Source: a candidate division WWE3 bacterium | Lineage (GTDB): Bacteria; Patescibacteriota; WWE3; UBA101185; UBA10185 | NCBI GenBank assembly: GCA_052035175.1 | Contig: JBPOHV010000001.1 | Coordinates: 772,228-836,227 of the forward strand | Reading direction: 5' to 3' | DNA length: 64,000 bases | Shown here: positions 10,522-20,630 of the stretch, piece after piece | Position numbering within the stretch: the stretch's first letter is position 1 | Layout: every line of letters begins with the position of its first letter | Position numbers and translations under genes: made by a program | Notes under the pieces: model-generated | Databases searched by the model: none | What the model saw: the letters and a program-made list of their open reading frames with translations, nothing else | Told to the model about the DNA's origin: nothing

Positions 10522-11409
10522 TTATAAAGTAGATTTATAAATAAGATAACAAAACTTTATCGTCGCATTAAATATGCGGCTAAATCTCCAAGGCTGAACA
10601 AACATCTTATACAACCACTCTAAACCACAATAAGATACAAATTGTGGCGGTGTCATATAATTACCTGACACATAATCAAGTGTGCCACCTATACCTACGC
10701 ATAACTTTGCTGGTATCTTGTCTGCATTTCTCAACACCCATTTTTCCTGATTAATGTGATTATAGGCCACTAGAAGTATGTCTACTTGCGAAGCTTCATT
10801 CTTTTGAAGACAGTCCTTAATATAGGCAATTGTCTTATCATCATCTGACTTTCTGAAACTAAAATCTGAAGTGGCACCTATTACATTTAAATTACTATAT
10901 TTGTTTTTTAGGATCTTACTAGCTTTAGAAGCAATATCACCACTTGTTAATGCCATTCTGCCAAAGCTATCTTTTTTCCAACCACCTAATAAAAAAATGT
11001 TATAGCCTTTTGATGCGGCATAAGCGCATAAGTCATATATTAGCTCTCTACCTAGTACTCTACTAGAGCTATTTCGGTATGTAGAAGAGAAAATGTAACT
11101 AAAGCCCAAAGATAACCCTATTAAACAAGCTTTTAATTTATATAGATTATCTTTTGGTAAATTTTTGACTTTAGCAAGATAGTCTTTGGCTAAAATTGGG
11201 CCAACACCGTCGGGAATAGAAAAATAGCAACTATTTATTATATTCATAAAATCACGATCTTCATACGCAGAAACTATAAATTCTGCATTTGTTGTACAAA
11301 TTAAAGTGTGAGTAGAAGATGATACAGCATAGTCTACTGCATGTAAGATATCTAACTTTGTCACACCAAAATCTATATTTACACCTAATATTTTTTCTTT
11401 TGTTATCAT
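10522..11409 (-). CDS. Glycosyltransferase family 26 (WecG/TagA/CpsF) with an N-terminal extension.
   Basis: The C-terminal part carries ...ILLVAYNHINQEKWVLRNADKIPAKLCVGIGGTLDYVSGNYMTPPQFVSYCGLEWLYKMFVQPWRFSR, including the GLEWLY(R/K) motif typical of WecG/TagA. Confidence 0.65.
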   Translation of the reverse strand: MITKEKILGVNIDFGVTKLDILHAVDYAVSSSTHTLICTTNAEFIVSAYEDRDFMNIINSCYFSIPDGVGPILAKDYLAKVKNLPKDNLYKLKACLIGLSLGFSYIFSSTYRNSSSRVLGRELIYDLCAYAASKGYNIFLLGGWKKDSFGRMALTSGDIASKASKILKNKYSNLNVIGATSDFSFRKSDDDKTIAYIKDCLQKNEASQVDILLVAYNHINQEKWVLRNADKIPAKLCVGIGGTLDYVSGNYMTPPQFVSYCGLEWLYKMFVQPWRFSRIFNATIKFCYLIYKSTL

Positions 11410-11411
11410 AA

Positions 11412-12437
11412 TTACCTAGTGATCATATTTTTTTCAAATAAATCAATATTATCCAAAGCAACACTCAGTCCACGGACAACACAATATAATGGATCATCTG
11501 AAGCATGAACTGGAACTCCTGCAAACTCAGAAATATATTTATCAAGATCGCGTAGCATAGATGTTCCCCCACTCAACACTATTCCTTTATCGATAATGTC
11601 AGAGGCTAGTTCAGGTGGTGTTTTTTCTAATACAGATTTTACAGCTAATGCAATCTGATTTACAGAATGATTGATAACATTTGCAATTTCATTTGAGGAA
11701 ATATTAATAGTTCTAGGAAACCCAGAAACTGAGTCTCTACCTTTTACTTCCATACTTAGTTCTTTCAACAAGGGTTTTGCACCCCCTACAGAAATTTTAA
11801 CCAATTCGGCTGTATTGTCACCTATTATCAAACCATACTTCCTTCTTATATAAGAGGATATATTGTCATCCAATGTATTACCACCTACGCGCACACTTCC
11901 ATGCACCACCATGCCATACAATGAAACAATTGCTATTTCAGTCGTCCCACCACCTATGTTTACTATCATGTTTCCGCTAGCTTCTGATATAGGTAACCCC
12001 GCACCAATAGCAGCAGCCAAAGGTTCTGGAATCAAATATGCATTTCGAGCTCCAGCAGAATACGCAGCTTCAAGTACAGCACGAGCTTCAACCGACGTCG
12101 CGCCTGCAGGTATTGATATCATTATGTCAGGCTTTATTATCCTATTTCTACCCAATACCTTATTTATAAAATGACGCAAAAGAGCCTCTGTAATAACATA
12201 ATCAGCTATAACACCGTTGCGTAATGGTTTTATCGATAAAATGTTGTCTGGAGTTTTACCAGACATTATTCTAGCGGCTTCACCTACAGCCAAAATCTTA
12301 TCTTCGTCTATAGAAACTGCCACAACAGTAGGCTCTATCAAAACAACCCCTTTACCAGAAACATAAACTACCGAGTTTGCGGTTCCCAGATCTATTGCAA
12401 TTTTTTTATGAAAATCAGATTTACTAAACATAAGCAA
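11412..12437 (-). CDS. mreB: Rod-shape-determining actin homologue MreB.
   Basis: IAIDLGTANSVVYVSGKGVVLIEPTVVAV...NGVIADYVITEALLRHFINKV, GGGTTEIAIVSLYG, ISEFAGVPVHASDDPLYCVVRG. Confidence 0.9.
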   Translation of the reverse strand: MLMFSKSDFHKKIAIDLGTANSVVYVSGKGVVLIEPTVVAVSIDEDKILAVGEAARIMSGKTPDNILSIKPLRNGVIADYVITEALLRHFINKVLGRNRIIKPDIMISIPAGATSVEARAVLEAAYSAGARNAYLIPEPLAAAIGAGLPISEASGNMIVNIGGGTTEIAIVSLYGMVVHGSVRVGGNTLDDNISSYIRRKYGLIIGDNTAELVKISVGGAKPLLKELSMEVKGRDSVSGFPRTINISSNEIANVINHSVNQIALAVKSVLEKTPPELASDIIDKGIVLSGGTSMLRDLDKYISEFAGVPVHASDDPLYCVVRGLSVALDNIDLFEKNMITR

Positions 12438-12521
12438 AACCTACAAAACACTATATATACAATTAGAATATACCATTCAGTGATCAACTTTGATAAAATG
12501 TCATTGTACCTATATTAACCA

Positions 12522-13673
12522 ATGAATAAAGATTTAATTAAAACATTTTTCAGGCTTTGTTTGCTTTTAGCTGTAACTACAACTCTATTTTTGTATGTTT
12601 ACGGAGTTAGAATCAATAAGCCAGCACAAGATCCTGTAAATCTTACACAAACTGGCATGGTAAGTGCAAAATCAATTCCTACAAGTGGCAGTGTTTATTT
12701 AGATGACAACTTGATGACTGCAACCGACGATACTATATCTGGAATAACACCAGGCATTCATAAAATTCGTATTATAAAAAATGGTTTTACTCAATGGGAA
12801 AAGCAAATAGAAGTGTTCCCAGAGCTAGTAACAGATATCACAGCAATATTAATAGCACAGAGTCCTAGACTAGAACCTCTAACTACAACAGGTGCGAAAA
12901 ATCCGGCTATATCACCTACTCTAACCAAACTAGCTTTCTTTTCGCAAGATTCAGAAAAACCCGGAGTCTGGGTAATCCCATTGACTCAAACAGGAATAAC
13001 ACTGTTTAAATCGAATCCAAATATAGTTTTGCTAGATACAAAATTAACAAAATATTCCGAAGGGCAAACAATCGAGTGGTCACCAGATGAAGAAGATCTG
13101 ATAATACAAGGACCCAATAATATTTATTATCTGGTAAATTTGGCTACTGGGGTTGCTGAAGCAATTGCAAACCCAGAACAAATAAAACAAGACTGGCAAA
13201 CAAAACTAACAGCAAAAAGACAAGATTTTATAAATAAACTTGATATACCCGACAATATCAAACAACTAGCTATATCAAAACAAGCAATCTGGTCACCCGA
13301 CGAAAAAAAGTTTTTATATACAAATCAAAATGGGGAAGATTTAGAATACAAAGTTTATAACTTAGAAAAACCTATACCAGTTGGTGAAAAGGTAGAAACC
13401 ACAGTATTCATAACAAAAACCAAAGCATTACAACCAGCTGTATCTTGGTATTCAGATAGCTTTCATTTAGTAATGGTAGAAGGAGACGTAACAAAAGACC
13501 AAAAGGGTCTTATTAGTCTTATTAGGATCGATGGAACAAATAAGACCGAGCTGTATAATAGCGTATTACACAGCAACAAAGTTTTTAGTACACCAAGCGG
13601 TGATAAGGTTATAATTTGGACATCTTTTAAATCAAATGATAAATCTGATTTGTACACTTTGAGTATTCGTTAA
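12522..13673 (+). CDS. PEGA-domain-containing secreted/membrane-anchored protein with a beta-rich C-terminal domain.
   Basis: N-terminal TM segment, then a PEGA-like module SVYLDDNLMTATDDTISGITPGIHKIRIIKNGFTQWEKQIEV. Confidence 0.5.
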   Translation: MNKDLIKTFFRLCLLLAVTTTLFLYVYGVRINKPAQDPVNLTQTGMVSAKSIPTSGSVYLDDNLMTATDDTISGITPGIHKIRIIKNGFTQWEKQIEVFPELVTDITAILIAQSPRLEPLTTTGAKNPAISPTLTKLAFFSQDSEKPGVWVIPLTQTGITLFKSNPNIVLLDTKLTKYSEGQTIEWSPDEEDLIIQGPNNIYYLVNLATGVAEAIANPEQIKQDWQTKLTAKRQDFINKLDIPDNIKQLAISKQAIWSPDEKKFLYTNQNGEDLEYKVYNLEKPIPVGEKVETTVFITKTKALQPAVSWYSDSFHLVMVEGDVTKDQKGLISLIRIDGTNKTELYNSVLHSNKVFSTPSGDKVIIWTSFKSNDKSDLYTLSIR

Positions 13674-13679
13674 ATCTAT

Positions 13680-14357
13680 TTAATGTACATCTATCAATTT
13701 TGCAGTAATTACTAACCTATTTATAACTGTACCTGGAGGATCACACGTTTGTAATGTTAAAGTAGGTTCAATAACTGGTCTCATTATCGGATAAGTATCC
13801 CAACCTTTTACGCGTTCTTTATTCAAAACTTCGTATACATATGTTTTATCCTCATAAAAAAGGTGTATTCTGTCTTTTATTTCAAGCTTGCGTAGTAGAT
13901 TAAATACTGTCGAGTATTGCCCCAATGAGAAAAAATTTAGCGAAGCATGCGCAAACAAATAAGTATTACCTGGTTCTTGAGAAGGATACTCAGAAATAGA
14001 AGCATGAGCGATACCTTGCTTGAGAGCCTCTGTGTATATCTTTTCATTCCAAACAGGTACATCTTTTACAATTGGTGCATTAACCCCAATTTTCTCAATA
14101 ACTATAGAAAAATCTGTGTTTACTGGGTTTATTTTGATTGGTTTAGTTGTAAGCAACTGGGCAAATGGGCTTTCTGCAGCACTACCCGAGTCAACAGAGT
14201 ATTCTTGATTCTTGAGCTGTTTTATATAAAACCACAACTCATCTTTTATCAAAGGTCCCCACGAAACTAACAAAAAAATAATACCTAATACTATTAGTGT
14301 ATTAGGTAAAAGCTTTTTCAAACGAGATAGTGATGGGATTTTGTTAAGTTTATGCAT
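13680..14357 (-). CDS. Sortase-family transpeptidase.
   Basis: N-terminal TM anchor, catalytic His context YLFAHAS, Cys in LTLQTCDP (the TLxTC motif), and Arg in RLVITAKL. Confidence 0.7.
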   Translation of the reverse strand: MHKLNKIPSLSRLKKLLPNTLIVLGIIFLLVSWGPLIKDELWFYIKQLKNQEYSVDSGSAAESPFAQLLTTKPIKINPVNTDFSIVIEKIGVNAPIVKDVPVWNEKIYTEALKQGIAHASISEYPSQEPGNTYLFAHASLNFFSLGQYSTVFNLLRKLEIKDRIHLFYEDKTYVYEVLNKERVKGWDTYPIMRPVIEPTLTLQTCDPPGTVINRLVITAKLIDVH

Positions 14358-14379
14358 TTTGTATATTCTAACAGGTTAA

Positions 14380-14454
14380 TGGTGCTCCCGACAGGAATCG
14401 AACCTGTAATTAGCCCTTAGGAGAGGCTTGTTATATCCATTTAACTACGGGAGC
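14380..14454 (-). tRNA. tRNA-Arg (anticodon CCT).
   Basis: The reverse complement folds as a cloverleaf: GCTCCCG-TA-GTTA..TAAC-A-AGCCT-CTCCTAA-GGGCT-...-ACAGG-TTCGATT-CCTGT-CGGGAGC-A-CCA. Confidence 0.85.
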
Positions 14455-14470
14455 ATACTTTGCGCCGTAA

Positions 14471-15157
14471 TTATAACAAAAACGCGGCGTGTTCCTTAAA
14501 TGAAGACTTGCTATAGAAATATGTATCGGTTATGGGCTTTATAACTAGATTAGGCGATCTACCAAATACCAATGAATTTGATGGAATATCTGTATCCATC
14601 ACAAACGCACCAGCAGAAAATATGACATTTTTACCTACATGGCTATTACCAAATACAGAAGATCCAGCATACATAATGACATTTTCTTCAAATACTGGTC
14701 TGTATGTTCCATTTGCGCCTACATTACAACACTGGTAAATTTTCAAATAATTGCCATAGATTGACTTCCCCAACCCCGATGCATAAGGATGAACTAAATG
14801 AAAAAATTCTGGCAGCTTTACCTCATAAAACAAGTCACACGCATTAAGCATTTTATTCAAATAGAAAAGTTTGGAAGCCAATGTGGTATCTTTAGAACCC
14901 AAGTAAATCTCTCTAGAAAACAAGTATAGAAACGTAGCATAATGATCACCATTTAAAGCATTGAACAAAGTATCATGCCCATCAAAATAATACTTACTTA
15001 AATTTTGTGAAAAGTTTGATTCTAGCTTTAATAGTACCTGGGGATAATAGTTTCTTATCAAAAGCTCCTCGGGAGCTGTTAATAGGAAATTAGCAGTTAG
15101 CTGGTTTAAAAGCATGCATACAATATCTTGCCTTGATAGAGTAACAAATTTAAACAT
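14471..15157 (-). CDS. cysE: Serine O-acetyltransferase-like hexapeptide-repeat acyltransferase.
   Basis: HPYASGLGKSIYGNYLKIYQCCNVGANGTYRPVFEENVIMYAGSSVFGNSHVGKNVIFSAGAFV is a left-handed beta-helix with a CysE-like arrangement. The track start at 15190 would overlap tRNA-Ser, so the start was moved to the internal Met. Confidence 0.7.
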   Translation of the reverse strand: MFKFVTLSRQDIVCMLLNQLTANFLLTAPEELLIRNYYPQVLLKLESNFSQNLSKYYFDGHDTLFNALNGDHYATFLYLFSREIYLGSKDTTLASKLFYLNKMLNACDLFYEVKLPEFFHLVHPYASGLGKSIYGNYLKIYQCCNVGANGTYRPVFEENVIMYAGSSVFGNSHVGKNVIFSAGAFVMDTDIPSNSLVFGRSPNLVIKPITDTYFYSKSSFKEHAAFLL

Positions 15158-15162
15158 ATAAA

Positions 15163-15252
15163 TGGCGGAGGGGGTGGGATTTGAACCCACGTTCCACTTG
15201 CGCAGAAACCTGTTTTCAAGACAGGCGCACTAGACCACTATGCGACCCCTCC
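15163..15252 (-). tRNA. tRNA-Ser (anticodon TGA), class II with a long variable arm.
   Basis: Reverse complement GGAGGGGTCGCATAGTGGTCTAGTGCGCCTGTCTTGAAAACAGG-TTTCTGCGCAAGTGGAAC-GTGGGTTCAAATCCCACCCCCTCCGCCA. The anticodon loop CTTGAAA gives TGA. G73 discriminator. Confidence 0.85.
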
Positions 15253-15317
15253 CTAAGAAGCAATCGTATTTTATCATTTAAATTGGGTTTTATGCTCTAT
15301 GTATTTGATTTTAAAAG

Positions 15318-15896
15318 CTAAGAATAAAGTTGTTCGTGTACTCGTTGATATGTGACTATTTCATCTGGCTTAAACCACAAATCAATTTCTCGTGCTGCTT
15401 CTTCTGCGTTACCAGAAGCATGAATAAGATTGTATATGCTTCTTTTTGCAAAGTTTGCGCTTATAGCAGAATCGAGTGCATAGTCCCCTCTGATAGTACC
15501 TGGAGCGGCTTTGGAAGGTAATGTATGACCGCACATAGCACGTACATTAGAAATAACATGAATTCCTTCTAATACCAAAGCTACAACAGGCCCTGAGACT
15601 AAATAATTAATACCCCACTCCCAAATCATTTCTCCCAATTTCAAAGGATCATCTGTTCCCAATACGCTTACTAAATCAACATTGTTTTCTTTACAATCCA
15701 AAACAGTATTGTTCCCCATACGTGTCAATTGTTCGTTAGTTGTCAGATAGTGATCTTTAGCAAAATCGCGAGTAACATGAACAAGTTTCATCCCAACTAT
15801 TTTTATTCCAGCGCGTTCAAAACGCTGAATAATTTCTCCGGCAATGCCTCTTTTTATAGTTTCTGGTTTTAATAGTACTAATGTCTTTTCATTCAT
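15318..15896 (-). CDS. ndk: Nucleoside diphosphate kinase (long form with an insertion).
   Basis: TLVLLKPETIKRGIAGEIIQRFERAGIKIVGMKL ... NLIHASGNAEEAAREIDLWF. Confidence 0.8.
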   Translation of the reverse strand: MNEKTLVLLKPETIKRGIAGEIIQRFERAGIKIVGMKLVHVTRDFAKDHYLTTNEQLTRMGNNTVLDCKENNVDLVSVLGTDDPLKLGEMIWEWGINYLVSGPVVALVLEGIHVISNVRAMCGHTLPSKAAPGTIRGDYALDSAISANFAKRSIYNLIHASGNAEEAAREIDLWFKPDEIVTYQRVHEQLYS

Positions 15897-15920
15897 ACGA
15901 GTAACATATCAAAATTTAGT

Positions 15921-16946
15921 CTACAAAACAATATCTTCAAACGAGTAAGTACCATCACTGTATATAGAAAATAGTGTGTACCTCGGCGTTTGTAAATTTC
16001 TCTTTTCTTCTTTTGCCAAACTCCCTACGACAATATGAGACAAGTTTTTGTTAATAGGATCTTGATTATTACTTGACCTATGATGATCTGCAGCTATTAT
16101 AGCGGTTACATCAGAATTACGAATATTATCTACCAACCATTGACCTTGTTTATAGACTTCGTCGTTCTTTTCACCATTCACAATCCCCATTATTGGGCTC
16201 AACACAGAAATAAGCGGATGATATATAGGTTGAGATAACACAACATAATCAGCTTCAACCAGGTTTGCAGCAAACCATGATGTCCAAATCTCAGGTATGA
16301 CAGTAAAGTTTGCGCTATTGTCAAAAAAAACAAAAGTGGAACCATTTATATTTTTTGTATAAAATCTCGAAATAGATGCCTCACCAAATACTGACATATA
16401 ATTATCGGCATTAACCGACTGATACAAGTCGTGATCACCGGGTAAACAAGAGTAATCAAAGCCAGAATTATCTAGCAATTGCTTTACTTGAGTAAGATTT
16501 ACTATTTCACCATAATCAGTTAAGTCCCCTATACATATTAAGTAATCTATACTTAGCGCATCTAATTCGGTTAATGCATTTGTTAGGTGATCTAAATCAG
16601 AATGAATATCAGCAACTACTGCAATACGTGCAACAATATCTGATCTTTCGACGCTTGGAGTAGTCATAGGTATAGGATTATTTGTATCTGGTTTTATGTC
16701 AGTATTAGATAATCTTGTAAAAAATGCACCAGCAACATCACCTACTTGGTTACTATCTACACCAAGTTTTGCATAAATAGGTGATAATTGTGTATTTATG
16801 TCATCAAATGTTGTCGAAGTCCCTAGTTTTACAAAAACGGCTATCACAACAACAAACGATGTAATTACAAATACAGATAGTATAGTTTTAAAAAATCTTG
16901 CGACTAAATGTCTTGAAGGTTTTTTTTCATCATGTAAGCTCGTCAT
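15921..16946 (-). CDS. Membrane-anchored calcineurin-like metallophosphoesterase.
   Basis: N-terminal TM segment, then IAVVADIHSDLDHLTNALTELDALSIDYLICIGDLTDYG (metallophosphoesterase motifs I-III) and GDHD. Confidence 0.7.
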   Translation of the reverse strand: MTSLHDEKKPSRHLVARFFKTILSVFVITSFVVVIAVFVKLGTSTTFDDINTQLSPIYAKLGVDSNQVGDVAGAFFTRLSNTDIKPDTNNPIPMTTPSVERSDIVARIAVVADIHSDLDHLTNALTELDALSIDYLICIGDLTDYGEIVNLTQVKQLLDNSGFDYSCLPGDHDLYQSVNADNYMSVFGEASISRFYTKNINGSTFVFFDNSANFTVIPEIWTSWFAANLVEADYVVLSQPIYHPLISVLSPIMGIVNGEKNDEVYKQGQWLVDNIRNSDVTAIIAADHHRSSNNQDPINKNLSHIVVGSLAKEEKRNLQTPRYTLFSIYSDGTYSFEDIVL

Positions 16947-16950
16947 ACAA

Positions 16951-18729
16951 TTACATCCTCTCTACCACAGGGATACACAACAAATTTAATACCTTTTTCA
17001 AAGTAATGGCGAATGCAAAGGTTAGGGTTAATCTGAAGTTTTGTAAAATTGGATTATTAGTATCTATAATTCTCTCAATAGCATAAAATGAGTTGAAAGT
17101 TTGGCACAAGTTAAACCCATATTCAGCTAGTATATGTGGTGACATTTTAGCTGATGAATCATGTAAGATCTCGCCAAAGTAACCTATCGATCTGATTAAA
17201 GCTGTTTCTTTTTCAGAGAGTATATGAACATCAGAACCGTCAGCGCTGTATGAAGCTGCCGAAACATCAAACCCAGAGCGTGTCAAAACAGAAAGCGCAC
17301 GTGCATAAGAGTACATCAAATAAGGGCCAGTACTGCCCTCAAATTTAGTTACATTTTCATACCTAAAGATGATACTTTTCGAAGGATCTACACGTAACAA
17401 AGCATACCTGAAAGCCGACAAAGCTACCTTATCTATGACATCTGGTGATATTGAGTCTTTCACTAAACTATTGTCAACTTCCATTTTTTCTAACTCAATA
17501 AGACGTTGGAAAACTTCATCTGCATTTACAACATTGCCAGTTCTAGATGACATCTTACCTTCGGGCAAAGAAATCCAACCATATGATAAATGATATAGCC
17601 TATTGGACCACTCAAAACCTAACAAAGATAATATTTTAAATAACTGCGCAAAATAATCACCTTGTCTACCATCTACAACGTATATTCTTTTATCAAATTT
17701 ATATTTTTCGTACCCATCTTTTGCAAGTTGTAAATCTTTGGTGATATACAATGAAGTACCATCACTTCTCAACAAAACTTTATTGGGTAAACCATATGAT
17801 TCCAAATCAGCTACTATTGCGCCTGTATCATCCTTATGTGCAATACCTTTCTCAACAGCCACGTCAACTATATCTTTGCCAATTGAAATATTGTTACTCT
17901 CATACTCCCATATATCAAATTGGACATTTTGATCTGTATAAGTAGATTTCCAACCCTCATATACCCATGCGTTTAACTTTTGCCATAGAGATATAACTTC
18001 TTTATCACCAGCTTCCCACTTACGCAATAATTCCTGAGCTTCTTCTAGCAGTTGCGGATTTTTTTCTGATTCTTTTTCAAACAAGGTATAAAAAGCACCT
18101 ACGAAGTGATCGGGTTTTATATCAGGTAACTTGCCATCGCCATACTTCATATACATCAACAAACTTTTACATATGTGTATACCAATATCCCCAACGTAAT
18201 TTGCACGGACAACCTCGTAACCAAGATATGAATATATTTCTGCCAAAGATGAACCTATAAAATTATTTCTAGCATGACCAACATGCTGGGCTTTGTTAGA
18301 ATTTGGTTGTGAAAATTCTATTAATATCTTTTTCCCAGCGCCAATCTTCGACGACCCATAGGACTCTTGGTGTTTTATCACTTCTTCTAACACATGATGG
18401 TCCCAATAATTACTCAAAACAAAATTTATAAAGCCCGGTGAAGCTATCTCCACTTTTGTAAATATAGGATGACCAAGCAGCATCTCGCTAAACCTAGGTA
18501 GTCTACTATCTATCTCATAGCATAAAATCTTGGCAATCTGCATAGGAGGCTGATGAAGCTTGTTGGACAAAACTAAAGCAATATTTGTTGAAAGATCACC
18601 AAAAGATGTGTTTGAGGGGTGCTCAACAACAAAAGTATCTATATCCAACTCATATACAGATTTAACTGACTCTTTTATCAACCCATGTAAGCTTTGTATT
18701 AATTCAAGCGAGTTCATATATATAGACAT
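16951..18729 (-). CDS. argS: Arginine--tRNA ligase.
   Basis: FSQPNSNKAQHVGHARNNFIGSSLAEIYSYLGYEVVRANYVGDIG (class I HIGH motif) with a DALR-type anticodon-binding C-terminus. Start taken at an internal Met so as not to overlap comEC. Confidence 0.85.
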   Translation of the reverse strand: MSIYMNSLELIQSLHGLIKESVKSVYELDIDTFVVEHPSNTSFGDLSTNIALVLSNKLHQPPMQIAKILCYEIDSRLPRFSEMLLGHPIFTKVEIASPGFINFVLSNYWDHHVLEEVIKHQESYGSSKIGAGKKILIEFSQPNSNKAQHVGHARNNFIGSSLAEIYSYLGYEVVRANYVGDIGIHICKSLLMYMKYGDGKLPDIKPDHFVGAFYTLFEKESEKNPQLLEEAQELLRKWEAGDKEVISLWQKLNAWVYEGWKSTYTDQNVQFDIWEYESNNISIGKDIVDVAVEKGIAHKDDTGAIVADLESYGLPNKVLLRSDGTSLYITKDLQLAKDGYEKYKFDKRIYVVDGRQGDYFAQLFKILSLLGFEWSNRLYHLSYGWISLPEGKMSSRTGNVVNADEVFQRLIELEKMEVDNSLVKDSISPDVIDKVALSAFRYALLRVDPSKSIIFRYENVTKFEGSTGPYLMYSYARALSVLTRSGFDVSAASYSADGSDVHILSEKETALIRSIGYFGEILHDSSAKMSPHILAEYGFNLCQTFNSFYAIERIIDTNNPILQNFRLTLTFAFAITLKKVLNLLCIPVVERM

Positions 18730-18755
18730 GATTTTCTCATTACTAAAGGGAAAAC

Positions 18756-19802
18756 TCAACTGCGTGACTCTAATATACAACTATAATAAACCCAATATGA
18801 GACTGCTAATAAAATGTAATAAATAATAAGAGTGTTAAGAGAAATTGCGTATGCGTAAATACCTATATCTAAATCAGAAAATAATGAAACTATCCAAATA
18901 AATAAGGTCAATAGGGGATATAAAAGCTTCAATAAAATAAAAAATAAGTACAAGTTGATAAACGACAACCCTATACCAATTAAACCTATGACAGTCGAAA
19001 GAGGAATTATCCATAGTACTAAAGCATTTACAAAGGGGCTTATAAGGCTAATTGAACCCATTTTATATGACAATAAAGGCCACACAAGTAATTGAGCACT
19101 TATAGATGAACAAAAATCTGTAACTATGAAAAAACTCGACTTAAAAATGTAGGTAGAAAACCACTTAACAACAAGCTCACCAAACAAAACCAAGCCTAAG
19201 GTTGCCAAGAAACTCAATAAAAAGCTCATATTAAATATATAACTAAGGTTAAATATTAGAATGACAAATGCTGACATTAATAACACTCGCTTAATATCTG
19301 GCGAGTATCCAAAATAAATAGATAAATAGGACAACGTACCCATAAGCCAAGCACGTATAACTGGCGGTTCAAATCCAGTAATTACTGCATACAACAAAGT
19401 AAATAATATGCCTATGTATAAACTAAACCTGCTGTACTTCGACCCCAGCAACTTAGTTATGAATTTATAAATTAGAGTTATGTTGAATCCAGATACAACA
19501 ACTACGTGTATTGTTCCAGTTTTTTTGAGCATGTCGTTAAACGTATCGAGCGATTTTATATTATCCATACCAAGAGTAAGACCCAAAAACAAAGCAGCAT
19601 GCGTTTCTGGTAAAACTATATTCACTTGTTTAGAAATATAAGACCTGAATGCTTGAATATAAGGGGTTTGCATATCCCCTTTTAATCTAGACTGGTACGA
19701 CAATCGAATTGAACATTGAGCAAGACTTAAGTCAAAACACTCAAAAAGAATCTTCAAGAGTAACAAACCCATGAATAAACTTAGTATATAAAACATTTTC
19801 AT
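18756..19802 (-). CDS. comEC: ComEC/Rec2-like competence channel, short form: competence domain only, no metallo-beta-lactamase domain.
   Basis: 348 aa, polytopic. HAALFLGLTLGMDNIKSLDTFNDMLKKTGTIHVVVVSGFNITLIYKFI is the ComEC competence-domain signature. Downstream of comEA. Confidence 0.7.
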   Translation of the reverse strand: MKMFYILSLFMGLLLLKILFECFDLSLAQCSIRLSYQSRLKGDMQTPYIQAFRSYISKQVNIVLPETHAALFLGLTLGMDNIKSLDTFNDMLKKTGTIHVVVVSGFNITLIYKFITKLLGSKYSRFSLYIGILFTLLYAVITGFEPPVIRAWLMGTLSYLSIYFGYSPDIKRVLLMSAFVILIFNLSYIFNMSFLLSFLATLGLVLFGELVVKWFSTYIFKSSFFIVTDFCSSISAQLLVWPLLSYKMGSISLISPFVNALVLWIIPLSTVIGLIGIGLSFINLYLFFILLKLLYPLLTLFIWIVSLFSDLDIGIYAYAISLNTLIIYYILLAVSYWVYYSCILESRS

Positions 19803-20443
19803 TTATAAGTCGTTTGAGAAATGAACTTATTTAATATACTTAGACTTATACTCGTTTTATCAATAAAATCATCTTTGTTTTTATATGGTCTATTCTGAAT
19901 TATTTTGTTTGCGTAAACCTCCCCTACCCCTTCCAAATCTAAGAGACTTGATTTGTCAGCAGTATTAAGGTCTATCAAATTGGCAGTAGCACCTGAAGGT
20001 GTCGCAACGGTACCCTGCTCTGCTTCCAAGTCAGAAGCAAAATAAATAGTATCAGCGTAATAAGGGCTTTGAATTGCGGTATCCCATACGTATGGAATAT
20101 ACAATTTGCTTGAATCTACAATTAAAGCTGCAATATTAAGATTTTTATTAACAAATGAAGCATCTGACGATTCTAGTAATCCACCAGACATAGATAGGGC
20201 ATCGGCTATCCGCGCACCTTTGTTCAATTTATACAATCCGGGCATTTTTACCGCACCAGAAATATCTATGTGCACCCAGTCCTCAACCTGCACCCCGACT
20301 TCATTAGGTACAGCTTGATCTGATAAAGCATTACTTTCTACTTGCGCAAAAGTATTTCTATAACCGAGCAAAGCTATTATTAGAACTGAAATAGCTATCA
20401 CTAGCACTACTTGCTTATAGTATGACTCGAATATTTCTTTCAT
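19799..20443 (-). CDS. comEA: Competence protein ComEA (TM anchor, SLBB domain, tandem helix-hairpin-helix).
   Basis: VHIDISGAVKMPGLYKLNKGARIADALSMSGG (SLBB) and IDLNTADKSSLLDLEGVGEVYANKIIQNRPYKNKDDFIDKTSI (HhH). Confidence 0.85.
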   Translation of the reverse strand: MKEIFESYYKQVVLVIAISVLIIALLGYRNTFAQVESNALSDQAVPNEVGVQVEDWVHIDISGAVKMPGLYKLNKGARIADALSMSGGLLESSDASFVNKNLNIAALIVDSSKLYIPYVWDTAIQSPYYADTIYFASDLEAEQGTVATPSGATANLIDLNTADKSSLLDLEGVGEVYANKIIQNRPYKNKDDFIDKTSISLSILNKFISQTTYK

Positions 20444-20630
20444 ACCACGCAGTTTATAAAAAAAGCTACAATGCTACTAGTATAAATATTCTAGTAATAC
20501 TAGACACAATTACCGCACAATAAACGCAATGGATCGCCGCACAGAAAAGTGAAAGGTGGGAATTAACGCAAAATAAAAAAGTGTATAGGTAAAGATCTAA
20601 AATAGTGGGGATATTAATTCTAAGGAAAGG

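Noticed and set aside
14471-15190. The track start of the cysE-like ORF at 15190, and the rpsA start at 53059.
   Set aside because: Those N-terminal extensions overlap tRNA-Ser (15163-15252) and the REP inverted repeat at 53058-53080 respectively. Internal Met starts (15157 and 52969) were preferred.
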